From Lama guanicoe (lineage: Eukaryota): a stretch of 64,000 nucleotides of DNA. This document shows positions 1 to 10,204 of this stretch, in pieces. The DNA lies in contig MU053934.1 of assembly GCA_013239625.1 (NCBI GenBank), positions 8,267,352 through 8,331,351 of the forward strand. Direction: 5' to 3'. Made by a program: the position numbers and the translations under genes. The notes below the pieces were generated by a model. That model was not told the DNA's origin. It saw only the letters and a list, made by a program, of their open reading frames with translations, and did not search any database. Position 1 is the stretch's first letter, and every line of letters starts with the position of its first letter.

Positions 1-277
1 CACTGCTTCTGTAGCCCCTGGGTGCTTCTGCTATTAAATGTTATTAAATGAGCCTGGAATGTTACAGTATTTACCCTTAGTCCTCAAAACCACCCTTGTC
101 AGTTATTATGACTATTATCATCAACATTATCAAGCTTATTTTAAAAACAAGGACACTGAGGCTCAGAGAGTGAACTCAGCAGCCTGACACTGGCCACAGG
201 TAGGGGTGGAGCCGGGGGGTGGGGTGGACCCAGGCGGGTGAGCTCCAGGGCTGGCTCCCTTGCCGCCCTGCTCTGTG

Positions 278-291
278 GTTGCCATGGCACC
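278..291. promoter_or_regulatory. RFX X-box motif
   Basis: GTTGCCATGGCACC, 13/14 match to the X-box palindrome. Confidence 0.45.
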
Positions 292-509
292 GGGCAGGCA
301 CCAGAGTGGTCTAACGGCTCACTTGATTCATTTCCTCACTCAGTCAACAACCAGTCATGGAATCCCCTGCTCTGGGGGTTGCCGGGTGATCAGATTTGGC
401 TTCTGCCTCCAAGGATGCTTCACCGAAGGGCTGGAGCAATATTAACAGAGTAACAGCGAAGTTCCTGTTCATAGAGGGAGAATACAGAGAGCCGATATGT
501 TTTTGAATA

Positions 510-625
510 CACACTATGCACTAAGCTGCAAATTTATCTTATCTGGTTCTCACAATAACCCGTTTTGCAGATGAGGAAGCTGAGGCTCAGAGGTTATGGA
601 ACTTGTCCAGGGTCACAGAGATAGG
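510..625 (-). mobile_element. MIR SINE fragment
   Basis: cagatgaggaagctgaggctcagaggttatggaacttgtccagggtcacag is the reverse MIR core. Confidence 0.8.
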
Positions 626-1439
626 AACGAGGAGAGGGGAGACCTGTCCAGGGCGGAGCCCCGAGCACGCCTGGGTGATGCCAGGCTGCTCTCGCGGGAT
701 CTGCGCCAGGAGCTTCCCTGCAGCTCCGCTCGTCGCCCTGGCGATGGGCCTCAGCTCAGAGGCACGGCTCAGTCCCCAGAGGCCTCGCAGTCCCAAGGAT
801 CAGATGCCAGGCAGTTCCGCTCAGATGATGCTATAGTCCTGATCTGCTCCCGAAAACTCTAAACAGAAAAGCCCTTCAGAAGCCAGCCCATGGGAGGACG
901 CGCTGGACTTGCCCAGCTGAGGGCTGAACTCCACTGGCCAGGCCTCTGGGACTCAGTGATGATGCCCAGCTTCCTGCAAATGGGCAGGGAGAGGCTCCAC
1001 CCCTCCATTCTCTGGACGCAGAGACTGAGGCTCAGCTTTGGCATGGGCATCCCAGGACCACCATCCTGAAGCCCAGGGCGTCCCGTAGCCGAGAAGGAGG
1101 AGGGAGGCTCAGGTGGAGGGAGAAAGGGGACCTTCTAGACTTTGGTATTAATGTCTGTATTTCTTTGATTTAATTTTCAGAATTTCCCTCTAGCAGCTTA
1201 TGATACCTGTTGTGCTACCCGCAGAGAGTCCATCTGATCCAGAGCCTTGGGGTCCAGAGCTCTGACTGTGACCCCGGCCACCTCTCGTTCCTTCTCTGGA
1301 CTCTGTGCTCCTTAGGGAAAGGGACTCTGGAAGACTGGCCTTGGGTTGCCTGAGGGGGCTGGATGATAATGTAACAAAGGAACTTGGAAACATTAAAATT
1401 CGAAGATGCCACTGGGAGGCCATGCCTGTCTGAGACCCA

Positions 1440-1715
1440 CTGAAGACTTTCCTCAGGGTGCTCCTCTGCCCTGCTCTGCCTGGCACACTCCTATCCACCC
1501 TCCAAGACCCAAGCCAAAAGTTACCTCCTCCAGGAAGCCCTCCCTGACCCCTCAGCTAGGGTGGGAGCTCACAGACGTCTGTTTTCCTTTCTTTCTCCTT
1601 CCCCCAACAAACACACCATAAACCCCACCAGGGCACAATCCTGTTTCCATGGTCTCTTGTCCCCTGGGTCCAGCACAGGGGAGGTGCTCCGGAAACACAG
1701 AATGAGCGAATGCTT
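1440..1715 (+). mobile_element. L2 LINE 3' fragment
   Basis: ttacctcctccaggaagccctccctgacc ... aatgagcgaatg, typical of the L2 3' end. Confidence 0.55.
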
Positions 1716-3877
1716 AAATGCGTTTTCTGTTGGTCTATAAATCCAGCTGCACACAGAGGATTCTCCCGACAAAGGAAACGAGCCCGCGGTGAAGGCAAAT
1801 CACCGTCGCCGTTTCAGTGACCTGTTGAGGGAGCCGCGGAGGAAATTCTCGCGCTGGATTATGGAAGGAATTTGCCTTTATTTGTAATTTGTACCAATAT
1901 CTAAGAAAGCGGCACTTTATTTTCAGCCCATCGTGTGCCAAGGAGCTTTGAATGTGGCGCAGGAGACAAACTTTCCCAGCCCCATTTCCCAATGCAAATC
2001 TTGAAGCTGGCGCATCGGCCCTCCTGCTCTCCGCCGGGCACTTCTTTCAGGCTTGCCAGGAAGGTCTAATCACATTATGTAGCTGGGTTTTAAAAGATCA
2101 CGGTTTGTCTCATTTTCCAGGGAAGTGTGAACAAAAAAAATATTTTTTTTTCTCCCAGGGCTCCGTTAAGAGCTTCCAGAACTTAATTCAGCGTTAAATG
2201 GGTGTAATTGCAGTAACGCATGCATTATTTCTTAATTTCTTGAAGGCAAGTTTGCGCACATGGGCCGAGGTGGTCGGGGAGTGCGCCCCTGACCGGGGAG
2301 GAAGGGGCAGCCTGTCGACAGCACGCCAAGTGAGGGCTCTGCTTGTGTCTGAAGGCCAGAAATGTGGGACCAGTGGCATTGACATTTCATCTCTCGGCTT
2401 CTGCTTTTCCGCCTGGGTGGCCAGGGAGGGAGAGGTTCTGAAGGCCTTTCCTGATGGGAGCATCGTGGGGTTTTCAGAGTAACTTTCACAATCCAAGGAG
2501 TCTTTGCATCCCCCTCCCCCAGGCCTCTAGACAATGGTCACCAGGCCTGCATGACATCACGAGCATCCTTGGCCTTCAAGGATATGCAATTCACCATGAC
2601 CTTGAGCATGCCACGAGCTCACTTTGGGCCTCAGTGTCCCCATATGTATGTGGGTAAACAGACAAGCTTCAAGCTCCCTCTCAGGCCCCGAAGCAGCAGC
2701 TTTTAGGATTTCTCACCATCACAGCACAGCACAGCACACGGGCCTTGGAGATGCAGGGGTTAGGTCCCTGACTTTATCTGTACCCCCTACAGCTACAGGA
2801 TGTGGAGCAAGGGGGCTCCCACACCGATGACTCTGCCAGTGCCTTTTCCCCCGACAACCCTCATGAAACGCATGAGATGCGCACAAGGTATCAGCACGCT
2901 GAGCGAGGAAACCCAGGCCCAGAGGGCAAGCACCTTTCCCAGAGAGTAGTGATGTCAGGAGACCCAGAGAAGGCCCTCCAAAAAAGTGTCCAACCTAGTT
3001 ACAGCTAAGTAGGAAAGGAGGGAGCAGCTTGCCACAAATGGGCCAAGCTGGGGCGTGGGATGGGGGTACATGAGCAGAGCCAGGGGTGCTGGGACAGCCA
3101 ATGTCTCCACTAGAGAGTTATTCATTCACATAGTCAGTCATCAAACAGATCCTGAGCCCTGGGCATGTCCAGGCAGGGAGCTCCCTGGGGCGGGTCTGAG
3201 GGGCCTTGGGTTCTTCTTTACCTTCCTAGGGGTTCAAGCATAGAGAAGGGGTCAAAGAGTGTGTGTGCTGGAGGAGGGAAGGCAGGGAAGGAAGAAAAGA
3301 GGGAGGGAGGGGGAGATAGGATTTCTCCCCCACCAGGCCCTGTGCAGGAAGAGACCAACACCAACGGAGTGGGTAGCACCTGATGTCCCCAGGAGAGCAG
3401 GTCCCAGGGTGGGCAGGGCCTCTGGTCACCCTCCTCACTTTCACTGGCTCCAGGTGTTCAGGACGCCACCTTACAGAAGAGTGTTTCGCAAACAAGGCCT
3501 CACGGGTTTTAGGAGTTGAGTACTGCTTCAGTGACTTCTAGAGAGAGTGGCGGGGCTGGGAAAAGCCACTCTGGGAGGGCTGGGGTCTGCGCTTATTCAA
3601 AGATCAATATGAATCTGCTGTGTGACTCGGCTGGGGAGAGGCTCAAGCAGGAGGCTGAGTTGATAGAGGCAGAGCCTCGTCAACATGGGAGGTGATATCT
3701 TTCATCTGAGCCTAAGACAGGCCACGCTCTGGATCAGTTCAGAAGAGAAGAAACAGGACAACTGGGACGTGAGACTCAACAGACCCTGCCCTGCAGTGGC
3801 TCACCGCGCCGTGTCTGAAGAGCCACCGCGGTCGCTGTCAGGCACAGGCTGGGCCGCAGGTGGTGTGGTTGGATGGC

Positions 3878-4030
3878 GATACTAGCTGGGCTATTTTTAA
3901 CCTCTCTGGGCCTGTTTTCTCAGCAGTACCACAGAATCGATACTTGCCCGCTCACAGGGCCGGCGTGAGGATGGTGCGAGCTGATGGGGCTGGCACGTGC
4001 TCCGCACGTGCCCAGCGCACAGTAGGCCTC
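3878..4030 (+). mobile_element. MIR SINE fragment
   Basis: ttaacctctctgggcctgttttctcagcagta ... gtgaggat ... gcacagtagg follows the MIR core and 3' end. Confidence 0.65.
3994..4010. promoter_or_regulatory. Double E-box CACGTG-N5-CACGTG (ChoRE architecture)
   Basis: CACGTG ctccg CACGTG read directly; function unproven. Confidence 0.35.
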
Positions 4031-5599
4031 CGGGCTCTTCCTGTCAAGTGCAAGCGCGGGGGGCTATACCCTTATGCTCATGGCAGTGAAGCCATTTATC
4101 GTGGACTCGGACAGCTGAAGCAGCCAGATCTGGAGTCCACTGGCTACCTTCCCCTCCCAGAAACCATGGGCCTGGCTGGGAGGTAGCCCTCTCCCCGAGG
4201 GTGGCCTAAAGGGGGAAGCAGCTGGGAAGGTTTGGCTGATTGTCCCAGAGAGACTGGCAACCAGATTCATCCTTTTGTTCTCCCAGGCCTCCCCCTGCCC
4301 ACCCCAAGCAGGGGCTCCCACCCATGGACCATGGCCACGTCCAAGCTCCAAGCCCGACCATCCTCCCCTCCTCCCTGCCCCACTGCTGCTCGCTAACCCA
4401 CACCAGACTGGGTGCTGGCGTCCCACTCCCTCGCCTTACCTCCACTCCAGCTGCACCACCTCTCCCTGCTCCCCAGTCCCCAGCCACCCCCCCCGCCCCC
4501 CTCCAAGCCCTGCCTCCCCCGTGCCTCGTGTGTGTCTGCCCCTTTGCCAGTGGAGGGGCCTATGCCCTGGACACCTCTGTTCCTCCCTTCTGGCTGACTC
4601 GTGCCTGCTTCCTGGACGGGGCTCCCCCCTCAAACACTCCTTGGGCTCCAGGGCAGATGCTTCCCAACTGCGCCCCCACCACTCAGCTTCCCCCAGGCGG
4701 GGCTCCAGCCCCACTCACTGGCTTCTCCAGGGCCATTTTCCTTAAGAGCTGCCGAGGGCAGAGCTGATGCCCTTTAGTAGCAGACATGGGGGCTCACCGA
4801 GGTGTCTGAAGAAGGGGAGTGAGCAAAGGAATGAATAAATGGAGGGATGGATGGATGGCATGGACCGAGAGAATGGCTCTCAGCCAGTCTCCCGATCCCC
4901 CTTGGGGACAGGCCTCGCTCCCTTTCTCTCTCACTCACAAAGGTCTGGGCAGCTCTGGCCCGGCCCCTACCCATCCTGTCCACTCCAGCTGCAGTGAACT
5001 CCAGGCTAGGTGGCCTGGGAGAGTGGGGGTGGGACATACACCCCCCGCCATGGCATCAAGCCAATCTGCTTCCCCCACCTCCCCCATCAGTCCAATATCT
5101 GCCAGATGCCTGAGACCGAGTTGAGAATTCCGTGTGATGGTGACAGTAAAGAAAGGGGCAGAACCCCACCCCCTGCCCCCTCGGCTTTCAGCTTGAGCCA
5201 CGAGGGGCAGGGGCCACCTGGCTGCAGCGAAATTTCTGGCCATCTCTTGCTTACACTCAACCCCCCACCAGGACAGGCACAGCAAGCAGCCTCTGGAGAC
5301 TGAGTACAGGGAGGTGTCCTGCCCTGAGCAGTCACAGGTCGAGGGGACGGTAGGGGAGGGATTCCCAATCCTGGGCAACCCTGACCGGCATGGGGTTCGT
5401 CCTGGGCTGACACCAGGGACTGAGGCTGGGTTCCCTGCTCCCCAGCCACCTTCAGACCACCTGACAGGTGTGGGAACAAGGGGTGACGGAGAAACCCCCC
5501 TTAGCCTGGTCTGAACCCAACTTGCTGGCTCAACAGTATCTCAATCACAGCCCGGGGTGAGATTCACAGGACACAAGTGACTAAAGACACACGGGGGCT

Positions 5600-5850
5600 A
5601 GGCCCTCATTCTACAGACTAGGAAACAGGCCCAGAGAAGGGCAGGCAGCTGCGTGGGGCACACAGAACTCATTGGGCTTTCTCAGTGTGACCTCACAGCA
5701 ACCTTCAGAGTGGGAATGACTCTCGTGTTACTTTACAGATGGGGAAACAGAGGCTCAGAGAGGTCAAGCACCTTGCTCAAGGTCACACAGCTGGGGGAGA
5801 GAGGGCTGGAGGCCGCCAGCTGTGATTCCCGGTGCAAGGCACTTTCTGCT
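5600..5850 (-). mobile_element. Two adjacent MIR fragments
   Basis: tttacagatggggaaacagaggctcagagaggtcaagcaccttgctcaaggtcacacagc, plus a similar core near 5610. Confidence 0.8.
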
Positions 5851-6222
5851 GTTCCCACCCCAGCCTGGGCTTCCCTGGGCAGGAGGAGCAGTCACTGAGC
5901 CAAGGGATCAAAGAGGCCGAGAGAGGCAGGGTAGACAAGAAGAGGCATTCAGACATACTCCCACGGCAGATTATATAATTCCCCTCTCCAGCCCCACCGC
6001 CCCAGGGATGCGGCCCGGGCAACCGCACAGCGCACCAGACCCAGGCTGGCCGGCTTCGCCCACCAGCGGGCACCGGCTCTCTCCAAAGAGATGACAGTTG
6101 GAGGTGCCAGGACACTCTGCCTTTTCCTCATTTCTGGTTTCTTCTGGCTGAGTAACAAATACTAACACTAATAATGATAATAATAATTAGAATAAATAGA
6201 ACCTGAAGACGCTTGGGGTCTC

Positions 6223-6236
6223 ATTGCCATGGCAAC
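6223..6236. promoter_or_regulatory. RFX X-box motif
   Basis: ATTGCCATGGCAAC, 13/14 match to the palindromic X-box GTTGCCATGGCAAC, at the edge of the CpG island. Confidence 0.6.
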
Positions 6237-6960
6237 CGCTGGCGCTAATGAGCTTCGGAGGCCGCCGCCGGGCCACCCGGCCCCAGGCGCAGATCAATAT
6301 TGATTCGGCCCCAGAAGGCGGCGGCGGCTCCACAGGGGCCACGCGGCGGGTGGGAGTGAGGGGCGCGCACTTGGAGGGGCCTTCCTCATTGTCCGCGCCT
6401 CCCAGTTGGGACCTCCAGAACCGGCCGGGTCCGCAGCGTGGCTCCGGAACCTTGCCCGGCGCGCCTGGGGCTCCAGGCTCGCTCCGCGCCCGGAGGAGCC
6501 TTCGGGCACCGGTCCACGCCTCGGACGCGGATGCGGGTCTCAGCTGCCGCGTGCCTGCACGATGCGCCCTGGACTGCTCCTCGGACCCGGGCCCGTCCTC
6601 TCCAAGGTTCAGCGACCCCGACCTTGGTGAGCCCTGGCGCGGACCCCAGTGCCAGGACACTGGCTGCCCGACACGGCTCCTGTCCCCAGACTTCCCTTGG
6701 GCGTCCCCGGACCCTTTCTACAGCACCCCGGACCCCCGATGCACCGAACTCGCCTCTCCCAGGGCGAGCCCACCCGGCCCCGCCCCGGGCATCCGCACCA
6801 CTTCTCGGGAGCCAGGGCACCGAAGACCCGCCCCCCGCTCGCCGGGACCCTCCTCCGCCAGGAGCTCCGCCCCGACCCCTCTCCCCCGGCTCTCGGACCC
6901 CGGTCCGGCGCGCCCCTCCCCCGCGCGCCCCCCGCCCGGCCTGCCCGGGGCGCCGCTCAC

Positions 6961-7450
6961 CTCGTGCCCGCCGCCCGCTCGCTCCTCGCTCCGCCGCCGG
7001 GAGCCGGCGCCCGCGGGGCTGAGCCGGCTGCTGGGGCGCGGGGCCGCCCACGCCCCCGCGGTGCCCCCGCCGCCGCCGCAACAGTTGTCCCGACTCCGGG
7101 GGCTGCGGGGCCGCGGGGACTCGGGGCTCCGGGGCNNNNNNNNNNNNNNNNNNNNNNNNNNNNNNNNNNNNNNNNNNNNNNNNNNNNNNNNNNNNNNNNN
7201 NNNNNNNNNNNNNNNNNNNNNNNNNNNNNNNNNNNNNNNNNNNNNNNNNNNNNNNNNNNNNNNNNNCGCCGCCGCCGCCGTGCCCACTTCACTCTTTGCC
7301 GCTCGCCGCTCGCCCTCTGCTGCCCCCTCTCCCCGCTCGCGGCGCCCGGCCGTCCTGCCCTCGCCGCCGCCGCCGCGCGCCGCGCTCCCCTCCCCGGCGC
7401 CCGCGGCTCGCTCGCTCGCTCGCGCGCTCTCTCTCTCTCTCTCTCCTCTT
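6961..7450 (-). other. SHISAL1: Non-coding first exon (5'UTR) of a minus-strand gene, probably SHISAL1/KIAA1644; 5' boundary uncertain
   Basis: Minus strand reads ...GTCGGGACAACTGTTGCGGCGGCGGCGGGGGC...GAGCGGGCGGCGGGCACGAG|GTGAGC, a consensus splice donor after 6961 inside a CpG island. The gene name rests on my recollection of the human KIAA1644 5'UTR, not on a database search. No coding exon of the gene lies in the window. Confidence 0.55.
7136..7266. other. Assembly gap (131 N)
   Basis: Run of N in the core of the CpG island. Confidence 1.
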
Positions 7451-7720
7451 CTCATTTTTCCTTTCGCAATCTCTCTTCCTCCCCTCCTGCGCGCTCTCTC
7501 CCTATTCGTGTGTCTCTTCGTTTTTCCCCTTTTGCAGTCTCCTTCCTTTCTTTTGCGGTTCGTTCTTTCTTCTCACTCTCCCTTTTTCCCTTCCTCCTTC
7601 CCCCCTCCACTTCTTTCCTTTCTTCCTACTGTTCCTTTCTTTTTCCTTCTCTCCTGTTTTCCCTTCTTCCTTCTATTCCTTCCTCTCTCCTTCCCTCGCT
7701 CTTTTCTCTCCTCCTCCCTG
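7405..7720. repeat. (GCTC)n/(CT)n microsatellite followed by a pyrimidine-rich low-complexity tract
   Basis: gctcgctcgctcgc, then ctctctctctctctctctc, then about 280 bp that are mostly C/T. Confidence 0.9.
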
Positions 7721-8424
7721 CACCAGGTCTCCAGTTCTCCATCCCCCCAACCCCACCGCACACACTCACCTGCCTCCTCCTGGCTGCTCCCCGCGCTCCC
7801 CTAGGCCCAACTCCGGGGGCTCCCCCAACTCGTCCCTGTGGGAACACCAGAGCCCCTTCTGCCAGGTGGCCGCCTGTTCTCCCAGCCCCTCCGGCAGGCT
7901 GCCTGCCACTGGAGGGCCCCACCTGCAGTGCGCCTTCCCCCGGCGGGTGTTAAGCAAGACATTCCTCCTGCCCAGCCCCTGCAGGAGGTGGTCAGCGGCA
8001 GCATTAGACTGGGGCGGAGAATCCTCTACATCAGACAAGATCCTCCGTCCAGTTTCCAGTGGGAAAACCCCAGCTTCCCTGGCTCCCTTGACGGCTGCGT
8101 GGGCTCCCCTCTCCTTTTCCAGTCCCCCTTCTCTCCACCCCTGGCCCCCAGCAGTCCCCGATCCCCCCCCCCTCACCCCCCACCTGCAGGAGGATGCTGT
8201 GCTGCGGCCAACCTCAGTAAGCCTGCTTCCCCGACACCTGTCCCTGACCCGGTGACCTCTGCTGGTGCAGATTAGGTATGAGGACGTTGCATCCTCTTCG
8301 AGGACCCCGCAGAGGAACGAGGGTGAGGGTGGTTATCACTTGGCTGTCTGGGGAGGGGAGCGACTTTGAGTGCCCTGGAAGTCAGCCACTCCCATGCCAT
8401 CGGGTCTGGCTGCATCTTTACAGG

Positions 8425-8615
8425 CGCTGCTTGAACCTCCCCAGGAACTGAGCGGAGACCTTCACACACTTTACTTTACTTCTTCCTCCCACAGCGCTGG
8501 GCCGTGTCTTCCCTGTTTGGCAGACGAGGGAGCTGAGGCGTAGAGAAGTTAGGGTGCTTACCCTGAGCCACACAGCTGTGGGGGGATGGAACCAGGCTCC
8601 AGCCCAGAGTCCCCT
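8425..8615 (-). mobile_element. MIR fragment
   Basis: cagacgagggagctgaggcgtagagaagttagggtgcttaccctgagccacacagc. Confidence 0.6.
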
Positions 8616-9399
8616 CACCCCCGGCTTCCAAGCCCAGTTTCCCCACCTGGCCGGTTTCCTTCCCTAAAGAGGTCACAGCAGCATCTTCCTCAAGGGGTGC
8701 TGTGAAGACTAACTGAGGCAGGGTACACTTTGCCCAGCTCCTGCAAACCCTCCCGAGAGGGGGGATAATTCCATGGGATGATGGAAAACAAGGACCAGAG
8801 AGGCTAAGAAACAGGCTGAAGGGTCCAGTGCGGGAGGTGAGCAGGACTTGGGTTGAGAGGGGACTATCCTTTGAGCTCCCAGCAGCGAAGGCTGCGTCCT
8901 GGGAGTCATCACAGCTATATGGTGTGTGTGAGGGGTGTGTGTGTTTGCGTAAAGCATGTGTGTATGCGGTGTGTCTGTGTCTCCATGTGTGAGGGATCCG
9001 TGTGCCTGTGTGTGGCACTTTCAGGGCACGCTGAAAAGCCTCATATTCGGCAGAGTCCCTCTTTCCCAGCATTTGCATCACCGAGCAGGGCTCTGTGTTT
9101 GTCCCAGGTCTGGGTCTGGCGCTGGACACCCAGAGATGAGACACCCAGACAAGCTTGCAGCCTGGTTGGGTCACCACATGGGATGTTAAACCGCCACAAA
9201 TTCCGATTTTCTATAGGATCCCCCTTCCTGGCATTCGGGACGCTCCTGCAGCCAGCTCCAGCTACGTCCAGCCTGTGGTTTCCCCTAGTTGGCTCCTACG
9301 TGGACTCTTGAAGCCTCTGTTACACACCTGCCAAGTGCTGGGCTGCCCTCACTGTGCTGCCAGGGCCCTGCACCTTCCCTTCGTGTAGTCAGGCTCCCC

Positions 9400-9530
9400 C
9401 ACCTTGGACAAAGCCACATTGCCTCCCTGAGCCTCAGTTGCCTCATCTGCAAAATGGAAATGTTTGCACCCATCACAAAGTCACATGAGGGTTCAATGAG
9501 AGGCTGTATCAGATAGGAAGCGGTCCTGCC
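9400..9530 (+). mobile_element. MIR fragment
   Basis: ctgagcctcagttgcctcatctgcaaaatgg. Confidence 0.75.
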
Positions 9531-9714
9531 GATTATCCCAAATAAACCAATGTCTTGATCTGCATCAGCATCCCCTCTGTCCCCCCAGGAGGTCACAGAG
9601 CTGGCCAGAGAATGCACAGGCTTTGGAACCAGTTGAACTTGGGTGGAATCTCAGCTGGGCCACTCACCAGCTGTGTAATGGGGGGTGAGTTCACTTCTCC
9701 CAGCTCCTGGGCAC

Positions 9715-10204
9715 TGCGTTCCTGTAACCTCCATAACCAATATTCGCAGACTGAGTGCCTTAAAACAACACATATTTATTCTCTTCCAGATCTGAGGCCA
9801 GAAATCCAAACATCAGTTTTGCTGGGCTGAAGGCACGGGCAGGGCTGCCTCCTTGGAGGTCCTAGGGGAGACTTCTTCCAGCTCCCGGAGGCTGCCTGCA
9901 TCCTTGGCTTGTGCCCCCAACACGCCAACCTTCTAAGCTGGCACCCCCCACCTCTTTCTGCCCCGTCTTCACGTGGCCTGCTCCCCTGAGTGTCAGAGCC
10001 CCTCTGCTCCCTCTCAGAAGGACACCTGTAATGGCGTTTTGGGCCCACAGATAATACAGAATAATCTCCCACCTCAAGATCCTTCCCTTAATCACATCTG
10101 TGAAGCTCCTTCCTCCTTGCCATGTAAGGTGCCGTCCCCAGGTTGCAGGGGTTAGGAATACGAGGCTATCTCTGGGGGCGGGGGAGCATTCTCAGTCCTC
10201 CACA
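9715..10204 (-). mobile_element. MaLR solo LTR (MLT1D-like)
   Basis: cttaaaacaacacatatttattctc ... ataatctcccacctcaagatcctt ... aatcacatctgtgaag ... attctcagtcctccaca is the reverse of an MLT1 LTR. Confidence 0.8.

Larger units (their letters stand above)
1..6960 (-). other. SHISAL1: Intron 1 of the minus-strand gene (continues beyond window start)
   Basis: Begins with GTGAGC (plus strand gctcac, 6955-6960). Contains only MIR/L2 relics and non-coding islands; no exon 2 seen. Confidence 0.5.
6200..7430. promoter_or_regulatory. CpG island / promoter
   Basis: Very high GC and CpG density (cgccgccgc, gcgcgc runs, GC boxes) against CpG-poorer flanks; contains the splice donor. Confidence 0.9.

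Noticed and set aside
2133..2150. A8-TA-T8 palindrome as a terminator-like hairpin
   Set aside because: Low-complexity; intrinsic terminators are not relevant to a mammalian intron.
6224..7953. Long ORFs over the CpG island (526, 434, 245 and 231 aa)
   Set aside because: Pro/Arg/Ala/Gly-rich and Phe/Leu/Ser low-complexity translations that mostly run through the N gap and CT tract. Open frames on both strands reflect the scarcity of stop codons in GC-rich DNA.
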